DNA of 64,000 nucleotides from Mycobacterium sp. (GCF_052144515.1 NZ_JBKQQD010000178.1:17762-81761), one strand, 5' to 3'; counted from the first letter of the stretch, positions 1-11,051 are shown. The notes: generated by a model not told the origin, from the letters alone. Numbers and translations are program-made.

Positions 1-732
1 TGATCGTCTGGGTACTTCGAGTTCGATCACGATGCCAGGGGGAAGCGCCGAGAGGATGTCGTGGAGAGGTAGTTCGCCTTCGCCGGGAACCATGCGCTCG
101 AACATGGCTTCCTCCATGTAGTTGTCGATGCGCGGCTGCAGCGTAGTGTCGTTGAGTTGGGCGTAGCCGATGTGGTCGGGGTTAACGGCAGCCAGATCGG
201 CTGCGCTGGAACCGGACCGGACCAGGTGCATGGTGTCGATCAGCAGCCGGAAGTCGGGGCTGGCGACGTGTTCCACAGCGGCCAGCGCGGTGGGCAGGTC
301 GCCGACCGTCAGGCCGGGCACCGGTTCGACGGCCGTTCGGATGTTGCGCTGCGCGGCCAGCTCTTCCAGCGCGGCGAACTGGTCGAATGTGCGGCCGAGA
401 TCCGGGTCGAGACTGACGGCGTTGATCCACGGAACGCCGAGGTCGGCCAGGACGTCAAGATCCGCGGAGAACGTGCGCATCTCGGCGCCGGGCAGCACCA
501 GGAAGCCGTCGCCGAGCGAGATCGTCACACCGCGGTGATCCATCGCGGCAAGCAGGTCCTGCCGCAACGCGACGTCGTCTCGCAGCGAATAGGGCCCAAA
601 GTCGAGCGCTACCAACGGTTGTCCTTGCACGACGGTTGAGATATGGGGGCAGCCAAGGTCTGCGGCGAGATCGACCAACTCCACTGGTGGAAGCGCGAAT
701 ACGCTCAGGAATCCGATACCGAGTCGGTCCAT
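1..732 (-). CDS. Sugar phosphate isomerase/epimerase (xylose-isomerase-like TIM barrel), runs off the left edge
   Basis: Manual translation from ATG at 732: MDRLGIGFLSVFALPPVELVDLAADLG...AVEPVPG...LLIDTMH...YAQLND...RMVPGEGELPL...IELEVP. Shows the E/DxxH/QxxD/E pattern of AP-endonuclease-2 TIM barrels. Missing from the ORF track because there is no stop in the window. Confidence 0.8.
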   Translation of the reverse strand, partial: MDRLGIGFLSVFALPPVELVDLAADLGCPHISTVVQGQPLVALDFGPYSLRDDVALRQDLLAAMDHRGVTISLGDGFLVLPGAEMRTFSADLDVLADLGVPWINAVSLDPDLGRTFDQFAALEELAAQRNIRTAVEPVPGLTVGDLPTALAAVEHVASPDFRLLIDTMHLVRSGSSAADLAAVNPDHIGYAQLNDTTLQPRIDNYMEEAMFERMVPGEGELPLHDILSALPPGIVIELEVPRRS

Positions 733-742
733 GCAAGGCTGG

Positions 743-2290
743 TTAGCAGACACCGCTGGGAATCCCGCGAGTGGGTGAAGTTTCCTGAGTAGGCATCGTC
801 TGCGGGTAGGGCACCCGATAGGGACGCCCATCGCCCAGGTACGCCGGCACTACGGTGGGGATACACTGCGACAGTTTCGGCAGGGCCGCGACAAATGGGT
901 GATCCAAGTTGGGTTTCGACGAGTTGGGCGGGACAGAGAAGTTGAAGGTCGACGTCATATCGCCGGTCACGCTTCTCCGCCAGGGGCTCAGGTTGGGAAC
1001 CGGCACCCCGAACCGGGTCTCAAGCAATCGCAACTGTGAGGTGTGGTCGAACGTGTCATGGACCATCAGCGGCCCACGACTGTACGGAGAAATGACCAGG
1101 CAGGGAACACGGAAGCCCAGACCGATCGGGCCACGTATGCCTGCGGACCCCGGCACTGAGTTGATGTCGGCGACGGTGACGTACTCGCCGGGGGTCCCCG
1201 CGGGGGCTGTCGGCGGCACGACATGGTCGAAGAAGCCACCGTTTTCGTCATAACTGATGATCAGCGCGGTCTTTTCCCACACAGCAGGGTTGGACAGCAA
1301 GATTCTTAGCGCGTCCACAATCGCGATAGCACCGGACGCCGCCGGGAGTGAGGGATGTTCGGACGCCAGGAAACCCGGAACCAGCCAGGAAACCTGCGGT
1401 AGTTTGTCGGCTGTGACATCGGCGATGAAGTCCGCGGGGTAGGTCGGAGCGAGGCCGTAGCGAGCCAAATCTGACGCCGGATTTGCGGACTGCTTGAAGT
1501 TCGCAAATATCTCGCCATAACCGACAACCGTGTCGACGACTGGGCCGAATTTTTTCGTCTCGTACAGCTTCCAACTGACGCCGGCGGCGCTGAGATTCTC
1601 CGCCATGGTGGTCCAACTGAACTGGTGAATCGGAGGGATGTCGGGGGTCGTCAGCTGTGGCCCGCCTCGAGTGCCGTCGAAGCCGAGCGCGGCGCTGACC
1701 CAGTACAGCCGGTTCGGTATGGTCGGGCCCAACACCGAGCAGTGGTAGTTATCGCAGATCGTGAACGTGTCGGCCAGCATGTAGTGGACGGGGATGTCCT
1801 GGCGCGTGTAATAGCCCATGATCACAGCGACGTTGGCCGCCGGAAGGCTCGATGCCTGCGATGGCAGCCAGTTGTTCATGGCGCCGTTGTTCCACGAGGT
1901 GTGCATCGGGCCCCAGTCGTGGTTCGGGTCGTTGACGCACGCGCCGTTCAGCAGGGGCCCCCGGGTGGTGTCAAATCGGTAGGGCAGCGTGACACCGCTG
2001 GGATCAAGCGACTGCGTCTTCGGGTTCCACCCCGCTTGCTGAAATAGCGGCGAAGCCGTGTTGAACCCATTGGTGCCGGAGAGCGTGCCGAAGTAGTGAT
2101 CGAACGACCGGTTCTCCTGCATCAAGAACACGAAGTGTTCGATGTCGGTCAAATGACCCGAACACGGGCCCGCCCCGTACGCCTTTTCAATGACCGGACC
2201 GGCCAGCGACAGCAATGCCCCGGCGCCGCCCGCGGCTGCCCTCGACAGAAATTCACGACGCGAAACCCCATCGATCTGGCTGTCGGTCAC
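743..2290 (-). CDS. plc: Phospholipase C (PlcA-D-like phosphoesterase), Tat-exported
   Basis: Twin-arginine signal [53 protein letters not shown]-terminal PSGVC as in mycobacterial Plc. Confidence 0.93.
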   Translation of the reverse strand: MTDSQIDGVSRREFLSRAAAGGAGALLSLAGPVIEKAYGAGPCSGHLTDIEHFVFLMQENRSFDHYFGTLSGTNGFNTASPLFQQAGWNPKTQSLDPSGVTLPYRFDTTRGPLLNGACVNDPNHDWGPMHTSWNNGAMNNWLPSQASSLPAANVAVIMGYYTRQDIPVHYMLADTFTICDNYHCSVLGPTIPNRLYWVSAALGFDGTRGGPQLTTPDIPPIHQFSWTTMAENLSAAGVSWKLYETKKFGPVVDTVVGYGEIFANFKQSANPASDLARYGLAPTYPADFIADVTADKLPQVSWLVPGFLASEHPSLPAASGAIAIVDALRILLSNPAVWEKTALIISYDENGGFFDHVVPPTAPAGTPGEYVTVADINSVPGSAGIRGPIGLGFRVPCLVISPYSRGPLMVHDTFDHTSQLRLLETRFGVPVPNLSPWRRSVTGDMTSTFNFSVPPNSSKPNLDHPFVAALPKLSQCIPTVVPAYLGDGRPYRVPYPQTMPTQETSPTRGIPSGVC

Positions 2291-2606
2291 CGCGGCGGCC
2301 TCCTATAAAGCCTCCTGTCGGACGTTTCAGCTCAAGGTAAGGGACCGGAGCTATCCATCACGACGCCCGAAGCGGCGTGTCGCGCCGGATTTTCACGTTT
2401 ACCTAGCAAAAGGCGTTGTTTCCCGGGCAGCGCGGTTTCTTTGCTTTAGCAGACTGAATCCGCACGGAGTCGAAAACCATTGGTGGACAAGCATTTGGAT
2501 GCCGTAAGAACCGCCAGAGCCAGGGGCTCGGCGTCGCCCGCCGGCTCCCCGAGTTCACATCGCGGTTTCGGCCCCGTCGTGCCGCAATGACTGCGGCGCT
2601 TTACTC

Positions 2607-2624
2607 ACACTACAAATATAGAGT
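2607..2624. promoter_or_regulatory. Putative TetR operator copy 1 (ACACTACA-AA-TATAGAGT) upstream of the TetR gene
   Basis: 2 mismatches to the perfect palindrome at 17121-17138; lies 55 nt upstream of the TetR start. Confidence 0.65.
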
Positions 2625-2679
2625 AGCCTCGTGATCCAACATCAACGTTCCACGTCCGTCGGCACGAAAGCTACCCCGT

Positions 2680-3375
2680 ATGGCCCGACAAACCCGCGCT
2701 GCACCGCAACGCCGAAAGCCCAATCCTGCGGAGCGTCGCCGGGACTTATGTGACGCGGCGATTCAGCTCCTGGCCGACGAGGGGGCCAAGGGGCTGAGCC
2801 ATCTGAAGGTAGACCGCAAGGCCGGCGTACCCGACGGCACCACCTCCTTCTATTTCCGCACCCGCTCCGCGCTGCTGCGTGCGGTGGCCGAGCGGCTGGC
2901 TGAGCTAGACCTGGCGAGCTTGCAGTCCGTAGCCGACAGCGCCGATGGCCGGGCCGGCAACCCCTCGCCGTCGCGGCTGTCGCAGGTCGTCATCCAGGCC
3001 GGCAGCGAACCGCAGTTCTCCCGGACGAAGGCCCGATACGAGCTGACGATGCAGGCCACCCGCGACCCGGCGCTCGCCGCGATCCTGCAGCAAGCCACGG
3101 ACGGGTTCACCAAACTACACCGGGAAATCCTCGTGCAACTCATGCCGCACGGCGCCGAGCTGGAATCGGCCGTGGTCGACGATCTGAGCAACATCACCCT
3201 GACATTCATCAACGGTCTCCTGCTGCGGTTCGCCCACGGCGACCGGATCATCGACAGCCCCGAACAACTCGACCTGATCTTGTCGGCAATCGCCGGCGGC
3301 ATCCTCAAGAGCCCAGACAAGGGGCGGTTGACCCAGCCGGACAATGAGCGCACCGCGCGGCGCAGGCGCAGGTGA
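2680..3375 (+). CDS. TetR/AcrR family transcriptional regulator
   Basis: N-terminal HTH DAAIQLLADEGAKGLSHLKVDRKAGVPDGTTSFYFRTR. Confidence 0.9.
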   Translation: MARQTRAAPQRRKPNPAERRRDLCDAAIQLLADEGAKGLSHLKVDRKAGVPDGTTSFYFRTRSALLRAVAERLAELDLASLQSVADSADGRAGNPSPSRLSQVVIQAGSEPQFSRTKARYELTMQATRDPALAAILQQATDGFTKLHREILVQLMPHGAELESAVVDDLSNITLTFINGLLLRFAHGDRIIDSPEQLDLILSAIAGGILKSPDKGRLTQPDNERTARRRRR

Positions 3376-3424
3376 GCATGGACTTTCGCGGCACTGGGTC
3401 TTGCCAGAGCACCCGCCATGTGAT

Positions 3425-3442
3425 TCTCTACGAGAATAGAGT
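3425..3442. promoter_or_regulatory. Putative TetR operator copy 2 (TCTCTACG-AG-AATAGAGT) upstream of the P450 operon
   Basis: 4 mismatches to ACTCTACAnnTGTAGAGT; intergenic, about 90 nt before the P450 start. Confidence 0.5.
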
Positions 3443-3533
3443 AATCCGACGGCCAGCCGTCCCCAAGCCTGTTCAGCCCAGCCGTGTGCTCGTCAGAGCA
3501 ACATCCGGAAATAGCACCGGTAGGAGGAATTTC

Positions 3534-4733
3534 GTGACAACGAGCACCGCGAGCGAGGTTCGATTCGACCCGTACGACGTCGAGCTGATCGCCGACCCGT
3601 ACCCAATGTTCGCGCGCCTGCGCGACGAGGCGCCGCTCTACTACAACGCCGAATACGACTTCTTCGCGCTGAGCCGTTTCGCCGATGTCAACAAGGCGCT
3701 GATCGACCACGGCACCTACAGCTCCGCCCGCGGCGTGATCCTGGAGTTGATCAAGGCCAACCTCGAAATCCCCTCGGGAATGCTGATCTTCGAAGACCCG
3801 CCGATCCACGACGTGCACCGCAAGCTGCTGTCACGGATGTTCACCCCGCGCAAGATCGCCGCGCTAGAGCCGTTGATCCGTGATTTCTGCGCTCAATCGT
3901 TGGATCCGCTGGTGGGTTCGGGTCAGTTCAACTTCGTGACCGACCTGGGCGCGATCATGCCGATGAAGGTCATCAGCATGTTGCTCGGCATCCCCGAGGA
4001 CGACCAGGAAATGGTTCGTGATCGCGTCAACGCCCAGCTCCGCACGGAGGCGGGCAAACCCATGGAGCATAAGCATGGCTTGTCCGTCGGGGAGCAGTTC
4101 GAGGCGTACATCGACTGGCGAGCCGAGCATCCCTCTGACGACATCATGACCGAGTTGCTCAACGTTGAGTTCGTCGACGAGACCGGCACGAAACGGCGGC
4201 TCACCCGGAACGAGATCCTGGTGTACCTCAACGTCGTTGCCGGAGCAGGCAACGAGACGACGACCCGGCTCATCGGTTGGGCGGGAAAGGTACTCGCGGA
4301 GCACCCCGACCAGCGTCGCGAACTCGTCGAAAACCCCGGGCTGATCCCGCAGGCGATCGAGGAGCTGCTGCGCTTCGAGCCGCCCGCGCCGCACATGGCA
4401 CGCTACGTGGCCCGCGACGTCAGTCTGTATGACCAGACGGTGCCCGAAGGCAGCGTGATGATGATGCTCGTCGGGGCGGCGTGCCGCGATGAGCGCCAGT
4501 TCGGGCCCGACGCCGGCAAGTTCGATATCCATCGAGCCGCTCGGCCGCACCTGACTTTCAGTGTGGGCGCCCACTTCTGCCTGGGTTCAGCGCTGGCGCG
4601 CCTCGAAGGCCGCGTCGCCCTCGAGGAAATTCTCAAACGGTTCCCCGAGTGGGACGTCGACCTGGCCAACGCCAAGCTCAGCCCGACGTCAACGGTGCGG
4701 GGCTGGGAAACCCTGCCGACGGTGGTGGCGTGA
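3534..4733 (+). CDS. Cytochrome P450
   Basis: GTG start after AGGAGG; DPPIH, I-helix AGNETT, EELLR (ExxR), heme motif FSVGAHFCLG. Confidence 0.95.
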   Translation: MTTSTASEVRFDPYDVELIADPYPMFARLRDEAPLYYNAEYDFFALSRFADVNKALIDHGTYSSARGVILELIKANLEIPSGMLIFEDPPIHDVHRKLLSRMFTPRKIAALEPLIRDFCAQSLDPLVGSGQFNFVTDLGAIMPMKVISMLLGIPEDDQEMVRDRVNAQLRTEAGKPMEHKHGLSVGEQFEAYIDWRAEHPSDDIMTELLNVEFVDETGTKRRLTRNEILVYLNVVAGAGNETTTRLIGWAGKVLAEHPDQRRELVENPGLIPQAIEELLRFEPPAPHMARYVARDVSLYDQTVPEGSVMMMLVGAACRDERQFGPDAGKFDIHRAARPHLTFSVGAHFCLGSALARLEGRVALEEILKRFPEWDVDLANAKLSPTSTVRGWETLPTVVA

Positions 4734-5569
4734 TGGCCGGGCGGGTCGAGGGCAAGGTCGCCCTGATCAGCGGTGCCGCGCGGGGTCAGGGCCGCAGTCA
4801 CGCGGTGCGGTTGGCGCAGGAGGGCGCCGACATCATCGCGTTCGACATCTGCGGACCGATCGACAACATGGCTTACCCGCACTCGACACCGGACGACCTC
4901 GCCGAGACCGCCGACTTGGTCAAAGCCCAGAACCGCCGCATCGTGACCGCGCAGGTCGACGTGCGTGACTACGATGCGCTCAAAGCCTTGGTGGACAGTG
5001 GTGTGGAACAACTCGGCCGGCTCGACATCATCGTCGCGAACGCGGGCATCGGCACCTTCGGCAACAAGCTGCACAAGATCCCGGAGAAGATCTGGCAGGA
5101 CATGATCGACGTCAATCTCTCCGGCGTGTGGAAGACCGTGAAAGCCGGTGTGCCGCATATCCTCGCCGGCCAACGCGGCGGCTCCATCTTGCTGACCGGC
5201 TCGGTCGGGTCACACAAGGCCCTCGCCTACACCGGCCACTACATCGCGGCCAAACACGGCGTGCTGGGCCTGATGCGCAGTTTCGCCGTCGAGCTGGGCC
5301 AGTACGGGATTCGAGTGAACTCGGTGCACCCCAGCCAGGTCAACACACCGATGACCATGAACGACATTACATACAAGCTGTTTCGGCCGGATCTGGAAAA
5401 TCCCGGACCAGAGGACTTCGCGCCGTTCTCGCAGATGACGCACACGTTGCCGGTGCCCTGGGTGGAAGCCGCCGACATCAGCAACGCCGTCCTGTTCCTC
5501 GCCTCTGACGAATCTCGTTGCGTCACCGGCGTTTCGCTACCCGTCGATGCAGGTGCGTTGCTCAAGTAA
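4733..5569 (+). CDS. Mycofactocin-coupled SDR oxidoreductase
   Basis: GKVALISGAARGQGRSHAVRLAQEGADIIAFDIC signature of the TIGR03971-type family; YIAAK; TGATG coupling to the P450. Confidence 0.88.
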   Translation: MAGRVEGKVALISGAARGQGRSHAVRLAQEGADIIAFDICGPIDNMAYPHSTPDDLAETADLVKAQNRRIVTAQVDVRDYDALKALVDSGVEQLGRLDIIVANAGIGTFGNKLHKIPEKIWQDMIDVNLSGVWKTVKAGVPHILAGQRGGSILLTGSVGSHKALAYTGHYIAAKHGVLGLMRSFAVELGQYGIRVNSVHPSQVNTPMTMNDITYKLFRPDLENPGPEDFAPFSQMTHTLPVPWVEAADISNAVLFLASDESRCVTGVSLPVDAGALLK

Positions 5570-5609
5570 TCGCTTACTCAATTAGGCACAACGAAGTGGA
5601 GAGAGAGCC

Positions 5610-6578
5610 ATGCCGGAATACGACTACGAGAAGTTGAAGAAAGAAGCCGAGCAGTACATCAAGTTCGAAAAGGACAAGAAGAACAAGATCGCCTACATCA
5701 CCTTCGATCGTCCCGAGGCGCAGAACTCCACCACGTTGGGAATGCGGCAGAACTATGCCGATCTGATCCACAAGTGCAACGTGGACGACGACGTCAAGGT
5801 CGTCGTGATCCGCGGCGAGGGCCAAGATTTCGGTAGTGGCGGAGACCTGCCTGAGCAGCGCCCGATGCTGGAGAATCCGGGCTTGCCGCTGCTTCACGAG
5901 CTCGCGATCAACGACGACGACGTCAAGTACCCGCCGGGCGGCTCCTACCGTTACCTGTCCACGGTCACCGACTTCTACGCCAAGGCCCGCGCGGGAAACC
6001 GCCCCCTGCAAGAACTTCGGAAGATCAGCATTATCGAGGCCAAGGGCTACTGCTACGGCTGGCACTTCTACCAGGCCGGCGACGCCGACCTGGTGGTCTC
6101 CTCTGATGACGCGCTTTTCGGCCACCCTGCCTTCCGTTACGTGGGCTGGGGACCTCGGCTGTGGTGGTGGGCGGAGACGATGGGCCTGCGGAAGTTCTCC
6201 GAAATGCTTTTCACCGGGCGGCCGTTCAGCGCCAAGGAGATGTACGACTGCGGCTTCGTGAACAGCGTGGTGCCCCGCGACAAGTTGGAGGAAGAGACGC
6301 AGAAGTACGCGCTGGCGTGTTCCCGGTGCCGTCCGACCGACACCGTCGCGGTGCAGAAGACCTTTCTGGAGCTCTACAAGCAGCACAAGGGCGAGTACTT
6401 CGGCAGCCTGCTCACCGGCATGGTCGAGGGCATGCTGCCGATGATCAAGAACGACGCGCAAGAGGTCGACCTCACCGAGGGCACCTTCGAAAAGGGACTC
6501 AGCAACGTCGTCAAGGACAACGACTTGAACTTCCCGCCGGAGTGGCGCCTGAGCCGCTCGGGACGAAGCAAGCCCTGA
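5610..6578 (+). CDS. Enoyl-CoA hydratase/isomerase (crotonase) family protein, atypical active site
   Basis: ITFDRPEAQN, DFGSGGDL, KGYCYG, FTGRPFSAKEMYDCGFVNSVVP. Confidence 0.85.
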   Translation: MPEYDYEKLKKEAEQYIKFEKDKKNKIAYITFDRPEAQNSTTLGMRQNYADLIHKCNVDDDVKVVVIRGEGQDFGSGGDLPEQRPMLENPGLPLLHELAINDDDVKYPPGGSYRYLSTVTDFYAKARAGNRPLQELRKISIIEAKGYCYGWHFYQAGDADLVVSSDDALFGHPAFRYVGWGPRLWWWAETMGLRKFSEMLFTGRPFSAKEMYDCGFVNSVVPRDKLEEETQKYALACSRCRPTDTVAVQKTFLELYKQHKGEYFGSLLTGMVEGMLPMIKNDAQEVDLTEGTFEKGLSNVVKDNDLNFPPEWRLSRSGRSKP

Positions 6579-6597
6579 CCGCTTGGGGAGGGTGGGT

Positions 6598-8979
6598 ATG
6601 TCGGCGCTGACCGGTATCAGGGTCGTCGAACTGGCCGGGTCGGTCGCAGGGGAGTACTGCGGGAAGCTGCTGGCCGACTTCGGGGCCGATGTGATCAAGA
6701 TCGAGGCGCCCGGGTGCGGTAGCCCCACCCGGGCGATGGCGCCCATCCTCGGTGACGATCTCAGTTCCCAAGGATGCGAAAACAGCGCACTGTTCGCCTA
6801 CCTCAACACGAACAAGCAGTCCGTGGTTCTCGGCGGCGCCGCCGCAGAACGCTTGGACGAGATCATCGGCACCGCCGACGCTGTCATCGACGACGGGACC
6901 TCTTGGGTCACGGCCGGCGCCGCGCGGCACCCGGGTGTGGTGTTTTGTTCGATCACCCCGTTCGGCCAACTGGCCGATGCCGAGTTCGGCAACGCCAAGA
7001 GCATCAACGTGTTTCACGCCAGTGGATGGGGGTTTCACACGCCCAGCCACGCCGACCCCGCCGATCCGCCGTTGCAGGGTCCGGGCCGATTCCTCGCCGA
7101 CTACGAAGCCGGACTGGAGGCGGCGCTGTGCGTCGCCTCCTCGCTGTTCAGGCGCCTGCACACCGGCCAGGGCGACGTCATCGACGTGTCGCAACACGCC
7201 GTGCTCGTTTCGCGCTCCGATTGCATCGTGGGCCGGTTCATCACGGGCGAGGTGCCGGCCGAGGGTGAACGCAGCGATTTCGACCAGCAGGGCCCGGCCT
7301 CGTTTTTCGCCTGCGCCGAAGGCTTCGTCTACCTCTACATGACCAGCCGCGCGCATTGGCTGGGCGTCGAGGCCCTCATGGGGCATCCGCAGTGGCTCGA
7401 CGACTTCGACGACGACTGGCTGGAGTTCTCCGTCACGCAGGAAAAGGTCGCTACGTTCCAGCAGGGGTTCGCGGCGTGGGTCAAGGGCTTAGCCAAAGAG
7501 GCTGCGGCCGAACAAGCTCAGCGGCTCGGCGTGCCGCTGGTCCCCGTCAATGACGCCGCGGATCTGCACGAATCGGCGCAGTATCGTCATCGCGGCTTCT
7601 TCCAGGATGTGCACCACCCCGTGCTGGGTACCGCGGCCTATCCCACCGTCCCGTACTCGCTCAGCGCATCACCGGCTGAAATCACCTCTGCTGCACCGGT
7701 TCTCGGGCAGCACATCGCACCGATCCTGCACCGGCTTGACACCCCACGCGTGGCCGCGACCGTCAAGTCTGCCCAACTGAAGTCGTCCAATAATCCACGC
7801 GGAGGACCGCTGCAAGGGGTACGCGTCGTGGAGCTGACCAAGGTGTGGGCCGGTCCCTACGCGGGCAAGCTGCTGGCGCTGCTCGGCGCTGAAGTGATCA
7901 AAGTCGAAACCGCTTCTCACCCCGAGGAGATGCGCGCCTACGGCGGCACCGATATCAACCACGCGCCCTTCTTTCTGAGCATCAACCCCGAGATCCTCAG
8001 TGTCGACCTCGACATCAAGTCATCCGAGGGCATGACGCGGCTGCGTGAGCTGATCGCCCGCAGCGACATCGTGATCAACAACCTGCGCCCGGGAGCGATG
8101 GAACGTCAGGGCCTGAGGTACGAGCAGCTCACAGAGATCAAGCCAGACATCATCTCGGTGTCGATCAAGATGTGGGGCAACGACGGTCCACTGGGGCACC
8201 AAACCGGCTACGCGCCGTGTTTCGCCGCCCTGGCCGGCCTCGCTTCCCTGGTCGGCTATCCCGATGGGCCTCCGCTGGGGGCGAGCATGCGCTACGGGGA
8301 CTCCACCGTCGGCGCAGCGGCAGCGTACGCCGCCATGATGGCATTGCTGCATCGAGAGCTCAGCGGTGAAGGCCAATTCGTCGACGTATCGGCCGTCGAA
8401 ACCCTGTCGACGATGATCGGGGACTGCCTGCTCGAGCAGAGCCTCACCGGAAAACGCCTGGGGCCCAGCGGAAACAACCATCCCGACATGTGCCCGCACG
8501 GTTGCTACCCCTGCGCGGATGGATCCTGGATCACCGTGGCCGTGTCCGACGATTCCGAATGGCAGCGGTTGTGCGACGTGCTCAATGCCTCAACGCTTTT
8601 CGCTGACCCGCGCTACGTCACAGTGGGCGAGCGGCACAACCAGGCCGCGGCGCTCGATGCCGACCTCGCGGCACTCACCCGAAACCATGATGCCGAGCAA
8701 CTCGCGCACCGCCTGCGGGCGGCGGGCGTCCCGGCCACCAAGAGCGCCACGTCAGTCGATGTCATCGGCGATCAACGACTCTGGGACCGCGAGTTGTACC
8801 GCTTCGTCACCGATCACCACGAGGGTCAGCGCCCGATACTGGGAGCGTCATGGCGGATGGCGCACGCCCCAACGCACATCGCGCGGGGCGCCCCCGACCT
8901 CGGTGAGGACAACGACTATCTTTACCAAGTGCTTCGCGAGCCTCTGCGCGCCGGGACGCCAACGGGAGGCCGGACATGA
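6598..8979 (+). CDS. Family III CoA-transferase (CaiB/BaiF), tandem two-domain form
   Basis: Two repeats: LTGIRVVEL...LADFGADVIKIE and LQGVRVVELTKVWAGPYAGKLLALLGAEVIKVE; Asp in LADYEAG and YGDSTVG. Confidence 0.9.
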   Translation: MSALTGIRVVELAGSVAGEYCGKLLADFGADVIKIEAPGCGSPTRAMAPILGDDLSSQGCENSALFAYLNTNKQSVVLGGAAAERLDEIIGTADAVIDDGTSWVTAGAARHPGVVFCSITPFGQLADAEFGNAKSINVFHASGWGFHTPSHADPADPPLQGPGRFLADYEAGLEAALCVASSLFRRLHTGQGDVIDVSQHAVLVSRSDCIVGRFITGEVPAEGERSDFDQQGPASFFACAEGFVYLYMTSRAHWLGVEALMGHPQWLDDFDDDWLEFSVTQEKVATFQQGFAAWVKGLAKEAAAEQAQRLGVPLVPVNDAADLHESAQYRHRGFFQDVHHPVLGTAAYPTVPYSLSASPAEITSAAPVLGQHIAPILHRLDTPRVAATVKSAQLKSSNNPRGGPLQGVRVVELTKVWAGPYAGKLLALLGAEVIKVETASHPEEMRAYGGTDINHAPFFLSINPEILSVDLDIKSSEGMTRLRELIARSDIVINNLRPGAMERQGLRYEQLTEIKPDIISVSIKMWGNDGPLGHQTGYAPCFAALAGLASLVGYPDGPPLGASMRYGDSTVGAAAAYAAMMALLHRELSGEGQFVDVSAVETLSTMIGDCLLEQSLTGKRLGPSGNNHPDMCPHGCYPCADGSWITVAVSDDSEWQRLCDVLNASTLFADPRYVTVGERHNQAAALDADLAALTRNHDAEQLAHRLRAAGVPATKSATSVDVIGDQRLWDRELYRFVTDHHEGQRPILGASWRMAHAPTHIARGAPDLGEDNDYLYQVLREPLRAGTPTGGRT

Positions 8980-9740
8980 CTCAGACGCTGGCGAACACCG
9001 CCGCACTTGTGACCGGTGCCAGCAGCGGTATCGGCGCAGCCACGGCGAAGGCGTTGGCCGCCCAAGGCGCTGCGGTGGCACTGCTGGCCCGCCGGGCTGA
9101 TCGCCTGGCTGAGGTGAAAACCGAGATCGAATCCGCCGGGGGCACAGCACTGCTGGTGCCCGCCGACTTGACCGACGCCGAGCAAGTATCAACAGCGGTG
9201 CAGCGCGTCGTCGCCGAGTTGGGACGCCTCGACACGTTGGTCAACAACGCCGGCACGATGCAAATGGGTACCGCTGCCGAGGCTTCCCTGCAGGACTGGG
9301 ATGACATGGTGGCGGTCAACGTGCAGGGTGTCCTCTACGCGACCAGAGCCGCACTTCCGCATTTGATCGACGCGGCCGCCGACTCACCCCGCGGGGTGGC
9401 CGACGTAGTCACAATCAGCTCCACCGCTGGCTGGGTGGCCCGGCCCGGCACCGCGGTGTACGCACTGACCAAGTTTGGTGTCAACGCCTTCAGCGAGGGC
9501 ATCCGTCAAGAGCTCATTGGCAAGCGGGTTCGGGTCGGTGTCGTGGGTCCCGGGACCGTCGACACAGAGATCTTCACCCATTTGGCCGAGTCGTCGCGGG
9601 AGACGTTCGAGCGCCAGACGGCCGGCATGGTCAAGTTGCGGTCGGAAGACATCGCCGACGCGGTGCTTTTCATGGTGACGCGTGACCGTCGGGTGGCGGT
9701 CAACCACATGCTGGTACGCGCGGCCGAACAGACGTGGTGA
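8976..9740 (+). CDS. SDR family oxidoreductase
   Basis: TGASSGIG, NNAG, YALTK; ATGA overlap with the upstream gene. Confidence 0.92.
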   Translation: MTQTLANTAALVTGASSGIGAATAKALAAQGAAVALLARRADRLAEVKTEIESAGGTALLVPADLTDAEQVSTAVQRVVAELGRLDTLVNNAGTMQMGTAAEASLQDWDDMVAVNVQGVLYATRAALPHLIDAAADSPRGVADVVTISSTAGWVARPGTAVYALTKFGVNAFSEGIRQELIGKRVRVGVVGPGTVDTEIFTHLAESSRETFERQTAGMVKLRSEDIADAVLFMVTRDRRVAVNHMLVRAAEQTW

Positions 9741-9749
9741 TTCAGAACA

Positions 9750-11051
9750 GTGCACAGTGAGACTCACCGCTGGGTGACCGGTGACCAGTTCGGTATGCCG
9801 TTTCCCGCCGACGCCGCGGCGTTGCGCAACGGCGGGGCACGATTTCTCACCGACGCATTCCGGGCGGGAGGCGCGCTCGACGGTAACAGCGTCACGCGCA
9901 TTACCGGGTTGTGTGAGGTCGCCGGCGGCAGCACGGGACGCAAAGTCGTGCTGTCGGTCGAATACGACGAGGCTGAGCCGGGCCTGCGCACCGAGTTGTT
10001 CGTCAAGTTCTCACGCGACTTCGACAACCCGATACGCGACCGCGGAAAGACGCAAATGGAGCCCGAGGTGCGGTTCGCGTCGCTGTCGCGGGCAGCCGGG
10101 TTTCCCATCTCGGTACCCAGGGCGCTGTTCGGCGACTACCACCGGAAGACCGGCACAGGAATATTGATCAGCGAGCGAATCCAGTTCAGCAGCAATGGAA
10201 TCGAACGTCAATATCACAAGTGCCTCGACTATGAGATGCCCGAGTCGCTTGAGCACTATCGCGCGCTGCTTGCCGCCGTCGCGCGCTTGGCCGACACGGC
10301 ACCCACCGAGCCGGGCGCCTGCCGGCCGACCTGACCGCACATTTTCCGCTCGACGTGCAGGCCGCGACAGTCGGCAACCGCACACCACTCAGCACGGACG
10401 AACTGGACCGGCGGTTGGCTCAGCTGGCCGAGTTCGCCGAAACCCATCCCGGACTGCTGCCCGCCAACGTTGCTTCACCAGAGTTCTTGTCGCTTCCGCA
10501 CGCGGACGCGCCGCGGATCGCAGCACACGAGCACTTCGTTGCGCGCCAACTGGCGGCCGACACCGACTATGTCGCACTGTGCCATTGGAACGCCAACGTC
10601 GACAATGCCTGGTTTTGGCGCGATACCGACGGCCTGCACTGTGGCTTGATGGACTGGGGGTGCGTCAGCCAGATGAATTTGGGCATGGCCCTGTGGGGAG
10701 CCATGTCGGGTGCGGAAACCTCGATGTAGGACGGGCATCTCGACGAACTGCTGGACGTGTTCGTCACCGAAGTCCGTCGCTGTGGCGGTCCGGCTCTCGA
10801 CCCGGACCGATTGCGCCGGCACACCCTGCTCTACGCGGCGGTGATAGGCGTGGCCTGGCTACTGGATGTACCGGCGCTGATACGCAAGCGATTTTGGTGC
10901 TTCAACCCCTGGCGATCGCACGGACCCGTGCATCAAGAATGACGAAAGCGTGCGTGCGCCGCTGCAGATGTTGTCGAATCTGCTGAACCTGTGGGAACGC
11001 CATCGCATCGGCGACCTGCTTGATGCGGCTCTTGTGGAAGGCGCCTGCTAG
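9750..11051 (+). pseudogene. Phosphotransferase (APH/EcKinase-like) pseudogene
   Basis: Continuous homology across frames: LFVKFS, HWNANVDN, LMDWG. Frameshift near 10295, in-frame TAG at 10727-10729 (likely TGG), further shift near 10900, ends ...VEGAC* at 11051. Confidence 0.72.
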
